DNA from: Rhynchobatus australiae | Lineage: Eukaryota | Assembly: GCA_034780895.1 (NCBI GenBank) | Contig: JAUZTB010000064.1 | Location: forward strand, 101,124,409-101,188,408 | Reading direction: 5' to 3' | DNA length: 64,000 bases | In this document: positions 50,189 through 63,479 of the stretch, piece by piece | Numbering within the stretch: position 1 is the stretch's first letter | How the letters are laid out: each line of letters begins with the position of its first letter | Made by a program: the position numbers and the translations under genes | The notes under the pieces: model-generated | Told to the model about the DNA's origin: nothing | Database searches by the model: none | What the model saw: the letters and a program-made list of their open reading frames with translations, nothing else

Positions 50189-52132
50189 GTGAGACCTCCT
50201 TAATATTAAAGCTTTTCCAGTGTTACTGCATGTTCCTCTTCTGTAGTGCAGGCAGCTGGGGAAATGAGCAACAGAGCTATCAAAAACAATGATCGGTAAG
50301 TTGCCCAATCTTCGCTAATAGTGATAGCAGTTTCATAACTGGCTTCAGCACATTTGAATTTGAGGAAATATCTGTTCCTTCCACACTATGTTTGTTATCC
50401 TTCTCAGCCTGCCAATGCACATTGAAGCATGCATCAAGGCTGAGCTAGGAGAATGCTGCACTGATAGAGTGCCAGTATTGGAGTAAATACTAGTTCAAGT
50501 CCCTTTGTACTAGAAGAAGCAGGAGTTTGGCAACATTCTTCTCAGAATATAGACGATTAAGGAAATACAAGCCTAGCAGTCTTCTTTGAATTTTTTAGTC
50601 TGCGATTATCATTTTGGTGTTGGATGTATGCATTCTAAGGACAATGTAAATATCTTGAAGTGGGGTGCCTGGAACTGAATACAGTGGTGTGGATGTGATC
50701 AAAACAGNNNNNNNNNNNNNNNNNNNNNNNNATGGTATTTCAGTACCCCTGAATAGATCAGCAATTTTATTATCCTTTTTAAACTTGTTCTCTGTCTATG
50801 CACATGCTCTTGGTAATTTCTCTGCTTGGATCCCTTAAATCTCTGCTCATCCACAATTCTTGGCTTCTTATCCTTAATATTCACGGTCATTTTTCATTTT
50901 CTGTCTTTTTTTTTGTCTGAAGTAGATCCTCTCACCTGAAGTAGATCCCCTCACACTTTCAACAATGAACTCCATTTGGCATAGTTTTCCCCACCCAGTC
51001 AATCGNNNNNNNNNNNNNNNNNNNNNNNNNNNNNNNNNNNNNNNNNNNNNNNNNNNNNNTTAAAAAAAAATTTTAAAAAAACAGAAAATGCTGGAAATAC
51101 TTAACAGTCAGTTAACATCCATAGAGGGACAAAATTAACATTTCAGGTTGATAACCTTTAATCAGAACTTTGGAATGCTTAGCTCTTTGCTCCTTGATCC
51201 AAGTCATTTGTGTAGTCAGTGATAAGCTGAAGCACCAATATAGGGAATAGATGCTTATGCCAATTTGAACGCATACATTTTCTCCATTCTGTTTCCTACC
51301 TTCCAACCAAGTCAAGGTTATCTCCAGTTCCACTTCCATTTTGTTAACAATCTCCAATATGGAACTTTGTTGAATGGTTTCTCAAAGTTCACACAATATC
51401 CATTAGGTACTTCCCTATCTGCCCTGTTTGATGTAACCTCAAAAGTCTCAACTGAATTCATTGGACTTGATTTAACTTTTGCAACTTCCTGGTGGCTTTC
51501 ACTAGTAATTTTTATTCAAATGATTCTTCAGACTCCTGTAATCACGAGCAGAGGGCATGTCCCAGATGGTGAGGGTCCTNNNNNNNNNNCACAGCTGACC
51601 TTTGACTAATGGACCTGCAATTGCTGGTTTTATTTTCAGAGTATAAATAAAGGAATATCTAACATTTTACCCAAAAAGAGGTTAATTCTTGATTCGGGAG
51701 TCTTGGCAAATCGCAGCTAAAGTTGGGAAACAATGTTTCTTAACTTTTTCTCTTCTTGGGACAGAAATATTAGGCCTCAACAATTTGTCAGTCTTTAGTT
51801 GCATCAGTTTGTTCATTACACTTTTTTAAATTACATATCTAATCTGTTGCTTTTTGTTTTTAATTTTAGTTCTTGCAGCATGGAAATTTTAACATCCTTA
51901 ACATCAAGACTGGTATATATAGCTATTTAGTAAATCTTGATTTCTGATCCCGGGAAGTCACTGAAAGAAGCTAGGTTTCTTCCTGTTATCATGTTGGGAA
52001 GTACACATATCTTTGCCAACCTAGAATAAAATGAAGCAAATATAATTTGCTGGCACTTAATGCCTAACCAAAAACCTGAAGAAAAGCCTAAGATACAATA
52101 ATATCCAAATGATCGGTCTCCAACAAAAGTCA

Positions 52133-52823
52133 GAGAAACAAAGGACTGCAGATGCTGGAATCTAGATGAAAAACACTATGAAGCTGGAGGAACTCAGCAG
52201 GCCAAGCAGCATCCATGGAGAAAAGCAGGTGGTCAACATTTCGGGTCAGGACCCTTCTTCAGGACTGAAGATGGGAAAATAGAAGCCCAATATATAGGAG
52301 GGAAAAGCAGAGCAGTGATAGGTGGACAAAGGAGGGGAGGTGGGGGGGCGCACAAGGTGATGATAGGTAGATGCAGGTAAGAGATGGTGTTAGGCAGGTG
52401 CAAGGTGGAGGGGACAGCAGATCCACCGGGGGATGGGTCAAAGGTAAGGAGAGAAAGGAGGGCAAAAAAAAAGACCAAAAATAAGAGAGGCTAGGTAAAA
52501 AAAAAGAAGCATGGTTGGGGTGGTGTTGTGGGGATTACTTGAAGTGGGAGAACTCATTGTTCATGCTGTTAGGCTGCAAGGTTCCAAGATGGAATATGAG
52601 GTGCTGTTCCTCCAGTTTGTGCTTGGAATTCTCTTCGCAGTGGAGGAGGCCGAGGACTGACAGATCAGTGATAGTGTGGGAGAGGGAGTTGAAGTGACGA
52701 TATTGGGCTTCCACTTTTCCTATCTTCAGTCCTGAAGAAGGGTCCTGACCCGAAACATTGACCACCTGCTTTTCTCACTGATACTGCCTGGCCTGCTGAG
52801 TTCTTCCGGCCTTCATAGTGTTT
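52133..52823 (-). mobile_element. Penelope-like element 3' remnant with inverted terminal arms
   Basis: Minus ORF 52535..52765 ends VLGLLHC...KLEEQHLIFHLGTLQPNSMN (GIY-YIG C-terminus type); 52171-52293 is an inverted repeat of 52700-52823. Confidence 0.8.
52726..52763 (+). ncRNA. Minimal hammerhead ribozyme-like motif (Penelope-associated)
   Basis: CTGAAGA (52732-38), short stem II gggt/accc, GAAA (52752-55); mirror copy on the minus strand at 52231-52267; activity unproven. Confidence 0.55.
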
Positions 52824-55339
52824 CCCGAGAAAGTTAGCGAGGCTTGTTTTTAAATTGAGTTTGTATGCATTTTAACTGCTGTGGTATTGTGTCAGAATGC
52901 AGATAATATTCATTTGAAATAAAACTCTCCCATTTCATGAAGTCACATTGGAAGTATTTAGTGAGCCATTGCCAGTGACCATTGAGATAAGCCCCAGCTT
53001 TTCCCTCGCACCAGCTACTTAAAACCTACTTCTCTGCTTCTTCACTTGGCTCCAACAAGTGAAGAGTTTATGAATATCTTTGTTAATTGGACTGTCTGTT
53101 TCTTTATCTTTTGGTCACTGGCTCCAAAATCTCCCAGGGTCTTGTGACTAACCATTAAACCTCATTTAATTTTTCTCTTCCCTTTTTGAGATATCGAATT
53201 CTGCTTGTCCATGAGATCCACCTTCTGTGTACAGACTCCATTTTCATAGAATGCTGATCTACTTAACTTCNNNNNNNNNNNNNNNNNNNNNNNNNNNNNN
53301 NNNNNNNNNNNNNNNNNNNNNNNNNNNNNNNNNNNNNNNNNNNNNNNNNNNNNNNNNNNNNNNNNNNNNNNNNNNNNNNNNNNNNNNNNNNNNNNNNNNN
53401 NNNNNNNNNNNNNNNNNNNNNNNNNNNNNNNNNNNNNNNNNNNNNNNNNNNNNNNNNNNNNNNNNNNNNNNNNNNNNNNNNNNNNNNNNNNNNNNNNNNN
53501 NNNNNNNNNNNNNNNNNNNNNNNNNNNNNNNNNNNNNNNNNNNNNNNNNNNNNNNNNNNNNNNNNNNNNNNNNNNNNNNNNNNNNNNNNNNNNNNNNNNT
53601 AAATGCTGTTGCTTAATTTTTCAGATTTTATCATGGTGTCTTCCAAAAGAAAAAAAAAGAATTGTTCCCAGACAATAGGAATTAACTCTGCCACTACTGT
53701 AGGAAGTGTGCTCCTGTTCACCATACACTAGTACCTTGTTTAGCACTACCCTGCAGAGGGCTGATTTCGTCACATTGCTCTTCATCCTCCAGTCGAGCAC
53801 TCACAAGCCTGTGCTTTTCTCTATAAAACAAAAGGCATCCACTTAGGCTGTGCACTGCTGCACCAGCAACCTGGTGCTCCCCAGCAATGAATTGCCCACC
53901 ATGGTGTGGATAGGCTGTCTGTGACAGCTAGTGTCAGATGGGCTGTGGGCCAAGTGGCGTGGCAGCTCTGTGCTGAGATGTGAGGCTCAGTGCTGCACAT
54001 TGGCTGCCATAGTGAGTGCAGTCACTGCCTTGACTGGCAACATCTGCTCCATGTGTTGATAGATGACCTGGATCCTATGGGTTCTCTCATCACCTCCTGC
54101 AGGATGTGATGGAAACTGCAGTCAATTATTCTAGTGCTAAATGGGAAATATATTTTTGTAATGTGTTGAGATGGATGTCCCACCCTGGGACCATCCCTTC
54201 TATTGGACTTGTAGATGTCCCATGTCCATTTTTTTTTGTGGCCCTAAGCCAGCAGTGGTGTTTTCTGCCATGCTACTGGTGCTGCAGTCTGTTCCTGCTC
54301 TGGATACATAAGAAGTTCAACAGGAGAACAAGAATTTCCATGGACTTCCAAGGTGCCTTGCCCACTGATCCTGTATCTTGGCACCAGTACAGGGTTCAAA
54401 AAAAAAAATTGGCTTCGGAGAGCTTTTAATTTGATTTAATTTAGTTTAAATGTATTTACTTTTAAGTGTGGTTCCCTTTTTTAATTTTTTAAAAACCAGT
54501 TAAATAATTTTTTTATTTTGGTTCCTAGATCTCTTGTTTTGTATTCATTAGAGTTTACCTTCATCGACAGCTTTAAAGGGCAAGACTTCAGGGTGAATTT
54601 CTAGCTATCAATACCATACTGGGAGCACAGGCAATTTCTTCCAGGGCCTCTCCGAATGCTGCATTCGGCCAGGCCAGTGCTTTGGGAGCCAACCTCCCAA
54701 CAGATCACTGTCCGGGACCATTTGACGGGGGGAGAAGCAGTAATCCAAGGGTGGGCAACTGGTGCTTTGAGCGTCAGAACATCTACCCCATTATATTACC
54801 TTGTCACAAATGTTAGCTTTAGTGAACTATGACAGTGATCATAAATGCCATGTCAGTGTAGCATTCTGCTAGTAAAATAGAATGCTACAGAACCAGTCTT
54901 TTGACATTGCTGTCCAGCAACACACTTTCTCTCACCATTAATTATGAGGAGTTTGCCTGTAATTTCTAGATTTGCTGTAGTGGTTGGCATGACCCTTACT
55001 GAGNNNNNNNNNNNNNNNNNNNNNNNNNNNNNNNNNNNNNNNNNNNNNNNNNNNNNNNNNNNNNNNNNNNNNNNNNNNNNNNNNNNNNNNNNNNNNNNNN
55101 NNNNNNNNNNNNNNNNNNNNNNNNNNNNNNNNNNNNNNNNNNNNNNNNNNNNNNNNNNNNNNNACCAACACAGTAAGTGTCCTTGCTGGAAGATGAGGGC
55201 AAAATGCTCTCCCAAGTACTGTTAGCTCCACAAGCACTTTCTTAAAATATAATTATTTTGGCTACCTGTGGCTGAATGTGCATTTGAGTGAAAGTAGATT
55301 GGAGTACTGAGCCAGAAACAGCTGAAAATTAGTTCAACT

Positions 55340-57548
55340 ATTGCCAGTAGGGGAGTACTTTGGGTCAAGTGACCATGATTCTATTAGTTTCAAAATGGAT
55401 ATGGAGAAGGACAGGATGGGACCACAGGTTAAGATCCTAAACTGGGGCAGGGCCAGTTTTGGAGGCATTAAGTGGGATCTTTCAGAGGATATTGGGTGAG
55501 ACTGTTTGCTGGTGAAGGGACACGTGGGAGGCTTTTTTTAAAATGTAATATCAAGATTCCAGGGGCAGCATGTTCCTACTAGGGTGAAGGGCAAGGCTGG
55601 CATGTTTAGGGAACTCTGAGAAATATTGAGGTCCTGGTCAGTAAAAAGGAGGCATACATTGGGTCCAGATCCCTTGAAATAATCCCTTGATGACTATAAA
55701 AGTATACTTGAGGGAAGTCAGGAGGACAAAAAGAAGATACGAGATGGATCTGGCAGGTAGGGTTAAGGAATTTCCCAGAGATTCTATAGGTATATTAAGA
55801 GTAAAAGGGTGGCTAGGGAGTGAATAAATCCCCTTAAAGATCAGCGTGGCCATCTATGTGTGGAGTCAAAGGAGATGGGTGAGAATTTTAATGAATATTT
55901 CTCATCAGTTTTTACTGTGGAGGAAATAATGGATGCGAAAGTAATGAGGTGTGATGTCTTGGACTGCATGCAGCTAGGGAAGAAATTGCGGTAGCCCTTG
56001 CACAGATACTTCCTTCATCCTTAGCCACAGGTGAAGTTTCGAAGGCTGGAGGGTGGCTAATGTTGTACAATTGATTAAGAAGGGCAGCGAAGGCAAGCCA
56101 GGGAACTACAGGCCAGTCAGTCTGACATTATTGGTCGGTAAATTACTGGAGGGTTTCTGAGGGACCAGATCTATCAACATCTGGCTATGGAGAGTCAGCA
56201 CGGCTTTGTGTGTGGGCAATCATATCTGACAAACTCCGTTTTTCAAAGTGGTAACCAAGAGGATAAATGAGGGTAGGACAGTGGACATGGTCTTTATGGA
56301 CTTTAGCAAGGCCCTTGACAAGGTCCTACATGGCATACTTGTCTGGAAGGTTAGATCGCATGGGACCCAGGGAGAGAGAACTAATTGAATTCATAATTAG
56401 CTCGATGGTAGGAAGCAGAGAGTGAGGGTTGAAGGCTGTTTCTTGGACTGGATGCCTGTGATCCGTGGTGTGTCACGGGTTGGTTCTGGGATCTTTGTTC
56501 ATTAAATGTATAAATGATTTGGATGTGAATGTACAAGACTGGTTGGTAAGTTTGCTACTAAAAAAAAGTGGTATCATAGACAATGAAGAAGGTTATCAAA
56601 AATTGCAGGGGGTTCTTGATCCATTAGGTGAGTGGGCCAAAGATTGGCAAGTGGCTTTCAATTTGGATAAGTACAAAGTGTTGCATTTTAGAAAGTCAAA
56701 CCAGGGTCGGACTTGTACAGTGAATGGTTGGCCCCTGGGGAATGTTGTGGAACAGGAGGACCTAGGAGTACAAATACATAGTTCACTGAAAACGATGTCA
56801 CAGGTTGAGAGGGTAGTGAAGAAGGCATTTGGCATACTGGCCTTCATCAGTCAGGGCACTGAGTATAGGAGATGGGACATTGTGTCACAGTTGTACAAGA
56901 CGCTGGTGAGACCACACTAGATGTATTGTGTACAGTTTTGGTTGCCCTGTTTTAGGAAAGACATTGTTAAGCTGGAAAGAGTGCAGAGAAGATTTATGGA
57001 GATGCTGCTAGGACTCAAGGGCCTGAGTTATTGGGAGAGGTTGGGCAGGCTAGGACATTATTCCTTAGAGATTGAGAGGTGACGTTTATAGAGGTGTACA
57101 AAATCATGAGGGGTATAGATGGGGTGAGTGTACCTAGTCTTCCTCCCAGGAAAGAGAACTAAAAACTAGAGGGCGTGAGTTTTAGGTGAGAGGTGAAAGA
57201 CTTAAAAGTGACCTGAGGGGCAATTTCACTCAGTTGGTGGTGCGTATATGGAATGAGCTGCCAGAGGAAGTGGTTCAGGTAGGTACGTTGACAATATTTA
57301 AAAGACTTTTGGATTAGTACATGGATAGGAGGGGTTTAGAGGGATATGGGTCAAGCATGTGCAAATNNNNNNNNNNNNNNNNNNNNNNNNNNNNNNNNNN
57401 NNNNNNNNNNNNNNNNNNNNNNNNNNNNNNNNNNNNNNNNNNNNNNNNNNNNNNNNNNNNNNNNNNAAATGTTGGTTTGGTGGGCACCATGGTTGGCATG
57501 GACGTTGTGCCAAAAGGCCTGTTTCCATGCTGCATTACTCTGACTCTA
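55340..57548 (+). mobile_element. CR1-clade LINE, degenerate ORF2
   Basis: Collinear with 7535-9235; ORF 56465..56920 (INDLD...YKTLVRPH); 3' end aaggcctgtttccatgctgcattactctgactcta. Confidence 0.92.
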
Positions 57549-59329
57549 TTATATATTTAACATAAAATTCTTGGAACATGATTTTCAAGAGGCAACATTG
57601 CATTTGGTCTTCATCCCACTTAGCTGTCCATTACCATCCTGCTCTTTCACAGTCTTCAGTGTGTCAACTACAGCACTAGGAATGCCCTTCTCAAAATCAG
57701 TATAAAATTCATAATTGTAACCATAATGCACTCCCCTTCTTTATCCTTAGTCTTTTTGCAGCCTTTGATAAAATTATCCATTCTTTGAACACTCTCCTTC
57801 ATAATATCACCCATTTGTGGTCCCAAGTCTAAAGTGTCCAAAGATGTTAGCTCATCTTCCCCAGCCACCTATTCTACCATATCTACATGGGGTGTCCCAG
57901 GGCACCAATTTTAGACTTTCCTTTTCCAATATCTGCATGCAATGTTGTTCACTGATTGGGTTTCCTAATTGGAAGGCAATTTTACTACTTTTATACCATG
58001 CTAAGTTCTACAACTGATGCTGTTATCTGATCTCTATACAGTGAATTCATTATGAACTCTAATATTTGTGGCTGAAAATCATAGACCAAACTGCCTTTGG
58101 TTTCTGCCAAAGGTTTACAGCATTGTCTTCAGATCAGTTTTCCTTCCCAGCTGCTCACTGATATTGAATCCTTTGCCAATGTTCACAACCCACATCCTCT
58201 CACCAGTGCTACAGATTCACAGCATAACTATGTCTAAATCTTGCCTACATTGTAACCAAAACTTTCTTCCTTGTCTTTGAGACTTCCACAGTGTTCACTG
58301 TGCTTATGTCTGAAATCTTTCTTCCCACATTTGCCCAAAATTTATTCTATTTTCCACCCACCTATTTCGCTTTACCTGTCTTCACTGATATCCACCATCA
58401 CTTTGTACCCACTATATTAATTTCAGAATCTTTGCATGCAAATCCCACATTGGCTTCATTGTAATTGCTTCAAGCTGTCCATTCCACATTTCACTCTTTA
58501 CTATTCTGATTTTGGTTTCTGTGCTTCCTCGTTCTCCCCAGACCAATAATGGCTGTCCCCTAGAATTCATTTCATAAATCCTGCTGCTTTCCTGGGTTGC
58601 AGTGCAACATCAGAAACATCTTCAAAATGTACCACTTAAGTTATATCTTTAGATAATTCCTCTAACTAGTGACTTTTTTTTTACCTCCTTAAAGAACCTA
58701 TCCTATGTTAAGTTGTTTGAGCCACGCAAGGATAAGATGATCTTAAAACCAACTTGAACACAAGTCTTTACAGAATTTTTGACACACCATGACATCTTTC
58801 CATTTTCGTAGCATGGTATCAATATTCAGTGCTTGAACTCTTATGCCAGATAGATGTATAGGAAACCCATCTTGCCTTAATTATTTGCAGATGGTGCTAT
58901 TGAATACTGCAATATTTGTACAGCACCACAACTATTTTGCATGCTGTTGTGTATATCTGCTAAATGGGTGTTAAGGTGTATGAATGATTAAACTAGAATA
59001 GAGTTAAATTACATTTTGTGTTGAATTCAAGAACTGCTTAGAGCTTATTAATGCAGCTCCTGTGCATTTTTGGATTTAAAAATGAAGGATAAAATGGGTT
59101 TTCAGCAGTTAGATCATGCCTGATTTTGATGCAGTGGATAACACAAAGTGTGATGTAATGAACTGTTCTTTTAACTGAAGTAGTGGATGTAGGGGCAATG
59201 AAGTATGTGAATTTAAAGCTCATCAGTGTGAAGATCAACAATTTATAGCTGTGTGTAACTGGAAGTTTCCTTATTGTATTTGGTGCTTTAATATTGGGAA
59301 ATAGTTGCATATAGCAAAATCCCACCAAA

Positions 59330-59590
59330 AACAATGAGAGAAATGACTAGATCTGTCTAGTGATGTTGATTAAACATCAAATATGAACAAAAGTCCCTGC
59401 TCCTCTGAATAGTACGGCGCAATTTTTTTTTGCATCAAGGCTAATAGAGGCTCAACATCTGAAAGGCGGCATCTTGGAATGCTGCAATTCTCTCAATACT
59501 GCACTAATATGTCAGCATTGATTATCTGCTCAGATCTCTGAATTGGGGCTTCGATGCGCCAACCGTGACACAAGTGCTATTTTGAGCCAA
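59330..59590 (-). mobile_element. Deu-domain SINE remnant
   Basis: catctgaaaggcggcatc...ctcaatactgcact...gattatctgctcaga; similar to 16990-17150. Confidence 0.6.
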
Positions 59591-62500
59591 TGCTCAATCT
59601 CAAAGATGATTGGTTAATATTGTATGATATGCTGACAAAATACTAGCCAGTTGTAAAGGAAATAGAGTGCAACTATTGTTTGTATGCTACCTCCATGCCA
59701 TCTTACTATGGTTATAATTAACATCTCAAATTGTCATTCATGGCGGTGGAGGGGGTGATTAAGCAAAATTTATTTCCAACTGGATTTTAGCCTTTGAGGG
59801 AGTTCATCTGCATTTGGAAAGGCTTTTATTTATCCTGCAGATAAAATTATAAAATGAATATGAAGTGAACTAATAGAGTTTGATCCTTGTGGAGAGTGAA
59901 TCGTTGTGGGATTTATCACAATCGTTTTGGCAAGTTTGACACAAGGAAATGGAAATGCGAAGTTTGATATGTGCCCATCAAGAATATTTGCTTTGTCTAG
60001 GGGGCAGGGTACTTGCAGTGTAAGAAAACAGAGTCTCTGAAGGAGAGAATCTTTGAGATTAGCAACAGTTAGTTCACATCATCAGGAAGGATGTGGGTTT
60101 TCAAGCTTCCAGAATGTGGCCATTTAAGAATTAATGCTGAACTGTTCAGGACATCTAAAATAGAAAGAGGGAAGTTGGTGAAAAATCACAAGGGTACCGA
60201 CCACTTGTATAATCCCTGAGTAACTGGAAATGTCAGTTAGCTAATTAATTATGAATATAATGAAGTAAATACTGACTGCAACTTCTTTGCAATCATTAAT
60301 CTGAATTGTGTCCCTAAAGCCAGGATGAAGGAGATAATGGAGCAGATGGAAAAATCCTCAAAAATCATAACATAATTGTACAACATTGAATAGCATATAT
60401 CTACAGGCTTTTTGGAGTCTGGGTGCTATTCTGGTAAATCTACCCTGCACTGACTTCAGGGCTGTCTATCCTTCAAGCTATGATGTCCAGAACTGCTCAC
60501 TATATACCAGGTGTGATCCCAACCATGGTTTTGTGTCACTGTAGTAAAACCTCCATCATGTATACCACTAGATATAGACAAGTCAATATACTACTTTTGG
60601 TTAGTTTCTGAATTCATGCATAATTTTCTTAATGATCATTGTACCCCCATCTCCTTGGACTTCTACCATTTTTAACTTTTCATCTTTTAGAAAGTACTCT
60701 GTCCTTTATTGGTCTGGAGAGGACTATTCACCTTTGCCAGCACTGAAGACATTTATACAGGTTTTACCCATTCCTGTAATCTAAATAATTTAGCCAGGTT
60801 TGTTGGGCAGACTTACCCTTCACAAACTGATGATAAGATTCTGGTCAACAACAGTTTTAATTTTTTTTTGTTATTCTAGACTTAATTGTAGACTAACTTC
60901 TGACAATGAATGTTTTATTAGCTGATCTATAATTCCGTGGTTTCTTCCTGTCTCCTTTCCTACATGGAATTTATATTTTTTTTATTAAAAGGAACAATTC
61001 CCAAACGGAGCATTTTGGAAGATTATGGTAATAATACCTGCCAAATTCTGAGAGAGTTCCTTTAAATAATGGGATGAAAACTGTCTGGAGCTGGAAACTG
61101 GACACTTCTCAGTGCCACAAGGGAGTGGGTGACTTGTCCAGTACAGTACAGAGAAAAAAATTAAGAATAATATAAATATTGGGAGTAAAAATAACAGGCA
61201 AAGGGAAACAAATAATTTGATTATTAAATAAACAGTTTATTTCAAGCAACAATATGATTAAAGAATTTGTAATTATCTGTTTCCTGATTATTATGTTAAC
61301 AATGACTGTTAAAATTGGTACACTTAACTTTTTACAGGGAATTGATGGGCATTTAAGATGTTTATACGAAGCAAATTGAGAGTGATTGTAAATCGATCCC
61401 CTGACATTCTGGGACTTTTGAACAAGGCTAACCTCTTAATATTTGGAACTTGCTGCACCCAATATTATTAATATCCTGTTACTTGAAAAATGCTGCCTGA
61501 TACTTTTGTTGCAGCAATGTTAAAGGAGAGAGGTAGAAGAATGAAAAGGAAATCCAGCCCAAAATTTATGGAAGGAAAGGGAGCAAGCTGCAATAGGCAT
61601 TTTCAAATATGAAATGCCTAAAAGTGAGGAACTGCTTTGAAGTTATTCTCATCTTGCATCTAATTACATTGGNNNNNNNNNNNNNNNNNNNNNNNNNNNN
61701 NNNNNNNNNNNNNGGAAGGTTAGCTTTAGTGTTTGTGCATGGATCAAGACCTGTGCATGAGCTAAGTGATTCCTTTGCAACTGAAAGTGAACAACAAATA
61801 ATGTAATCACTAATAATTGTTGCTTGATGGCAATTCTTTCCATTGCTGCTGATGCTTGAGGAGAGGCTTGTGAGATGGTAATTGAGTGAATTATTGTATT
61901 GTGTTTCTGTGAATATGATGAACTTGAGCACCTTTTCATTTTGTTGAGCAAGTTTCAGCATTACAATGGTATCAAAGTAAGTGGGCTGGTAGCATGTGGT
62001 TACCTGAGGGAATGGCTTTTTATCTAAATACTCTAAATAATAAAACAAAATGCTCTCATCTCCATTAGTCACCTCAACCTACTCTGTTCCAAGATGAGTA
62101 GACCTGACTTTTCAACCTTCATGGTTGAAGTCCTTCATTCCTGGTAATATTCTGGTCAATCTCCTCCATGTTCCTAGTGTTCAGAAGTGTCCAGAATACA
62201 CCTGACAGCTGAGGCTGAATAGGATATTTATGATGTTCCAATATGATCTCTTTGCTTATTTTGTTTATAAATCCAAGTAACTTGTACAATTTTATCCTCC
62301 TCAACTTGCTGTGCCCCCTTTTTTTTACAAAGTATTTTTGTATGTGAACAATTAAGTCACTCTGCTCATCTGCACTCTTCATAATTGGGTCTTTTATGGT
62401 AGACTGTCACTCCTTATTGCATCTCGCAACATGTATCACTTCACGTTTCTTCATAATGAGCTCCATCAGCCATGGTTCTTCACATTATTTGTTTTTGTTA

Positions 62501-63088
62501 TCTGAAAATCTATAATCATCAACCACTGTGTCCAGTTTTGTCATCTGCAATGTAATGATACTGCTGTTTACTTCTGAGACTAGCTCATTTGTCAAAAATT
62601 AAAACAAAGTATTGAAACTGGCCCTAGAGGACTACTAACAGCAAGCCACATCTCAGCCTGAAAACCCCTATCCACCATCTTCCTTTTCACATTAGAGTCA
62701 AACCTTTACCAAAATACCACTTTTCTCTTAATTTTATGGGTTCCCTCCCTCTTTAATAAAGTGCTTGATGTCTTCTTATAAAGGTACTTTGTTGTACTAA
62801 TCAGGCAAAATGCTAAATGAATAATGGTAATGCTCAGTAAGTCAGCCAACACTTGTAGAGAGGAAAAAGGTTAATTTTTCAGATTAATAATTCCTCTGGA
62901 ACATGAAACACCTATGGGGGGGGGGTGGAATCCACCATATTTATGTTGGATCAGCTATAATACAATAAAGCATTGTATACCTTTGTCATAAGTGAGGAAT
63001 AGTGTTCATAAGTTGACCATGAAGCTCTATTTTTTTGAAAATGAATTCTTTGTGTACTCATTAAGAATCGTTCCTGCCTTCCTGCTAG

Positions 63089-63211
63089 GAATCTTCGCAG
63101 AGCCTACTCTTCTGACGCCAAACACTGAAAGCAGTTGTGACCTAACGACAAAAACCAAATCAACAAATGATGACAGTACTTCACTGGACCTCGAGTGGGA
63201 GGATGAAGAAG
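63089..63211 (+). CDS. AP1AR: AP1AR coding exon (123 nt) with W-acidic motif; probably exon 9
   Basis: cctgctag acceptor, gtaaag donor; IFAEPTLLTPNTESSCDLTTKTKSTNDDSTSLDLEWEDEE(G) matches gadkin TPNTESSCDL...SLDLEWEDEEG; phase 1 to 1. Confidence 0.95.
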
Positions 63212-63479
63212 GTAAAGCTATTTTGATTTGTTAACTTTTTATTCTTGGTTTCAAGTGTTTCATTGAGCAGAAGTTGGGAATCTGACATAGAGTAAAACTG
63301 GCTCTAGTAAGCTTGTCTGGTAATGGTAATTAGTGACAAAACTTCTGTAAATTATTATCCCTTAAAATTTGGACAGCATATCAAATTTTACACTTTGACC
63401 TTTTTAGTCTTTGAAGTTAAATAAGCTACTAAACGTAGAGACCACATTGGCATTATTGGCAACTTCTTCAATGAAGAAG

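Noticed and set aside
52937-52966. atgaagtcacattggaagtatttagt faintly resembling the missing exon (MKSQYEVF)
   Set aside because: Needs a frameshift, lacks upstream similarity and has no suitable splice sites; likely chance
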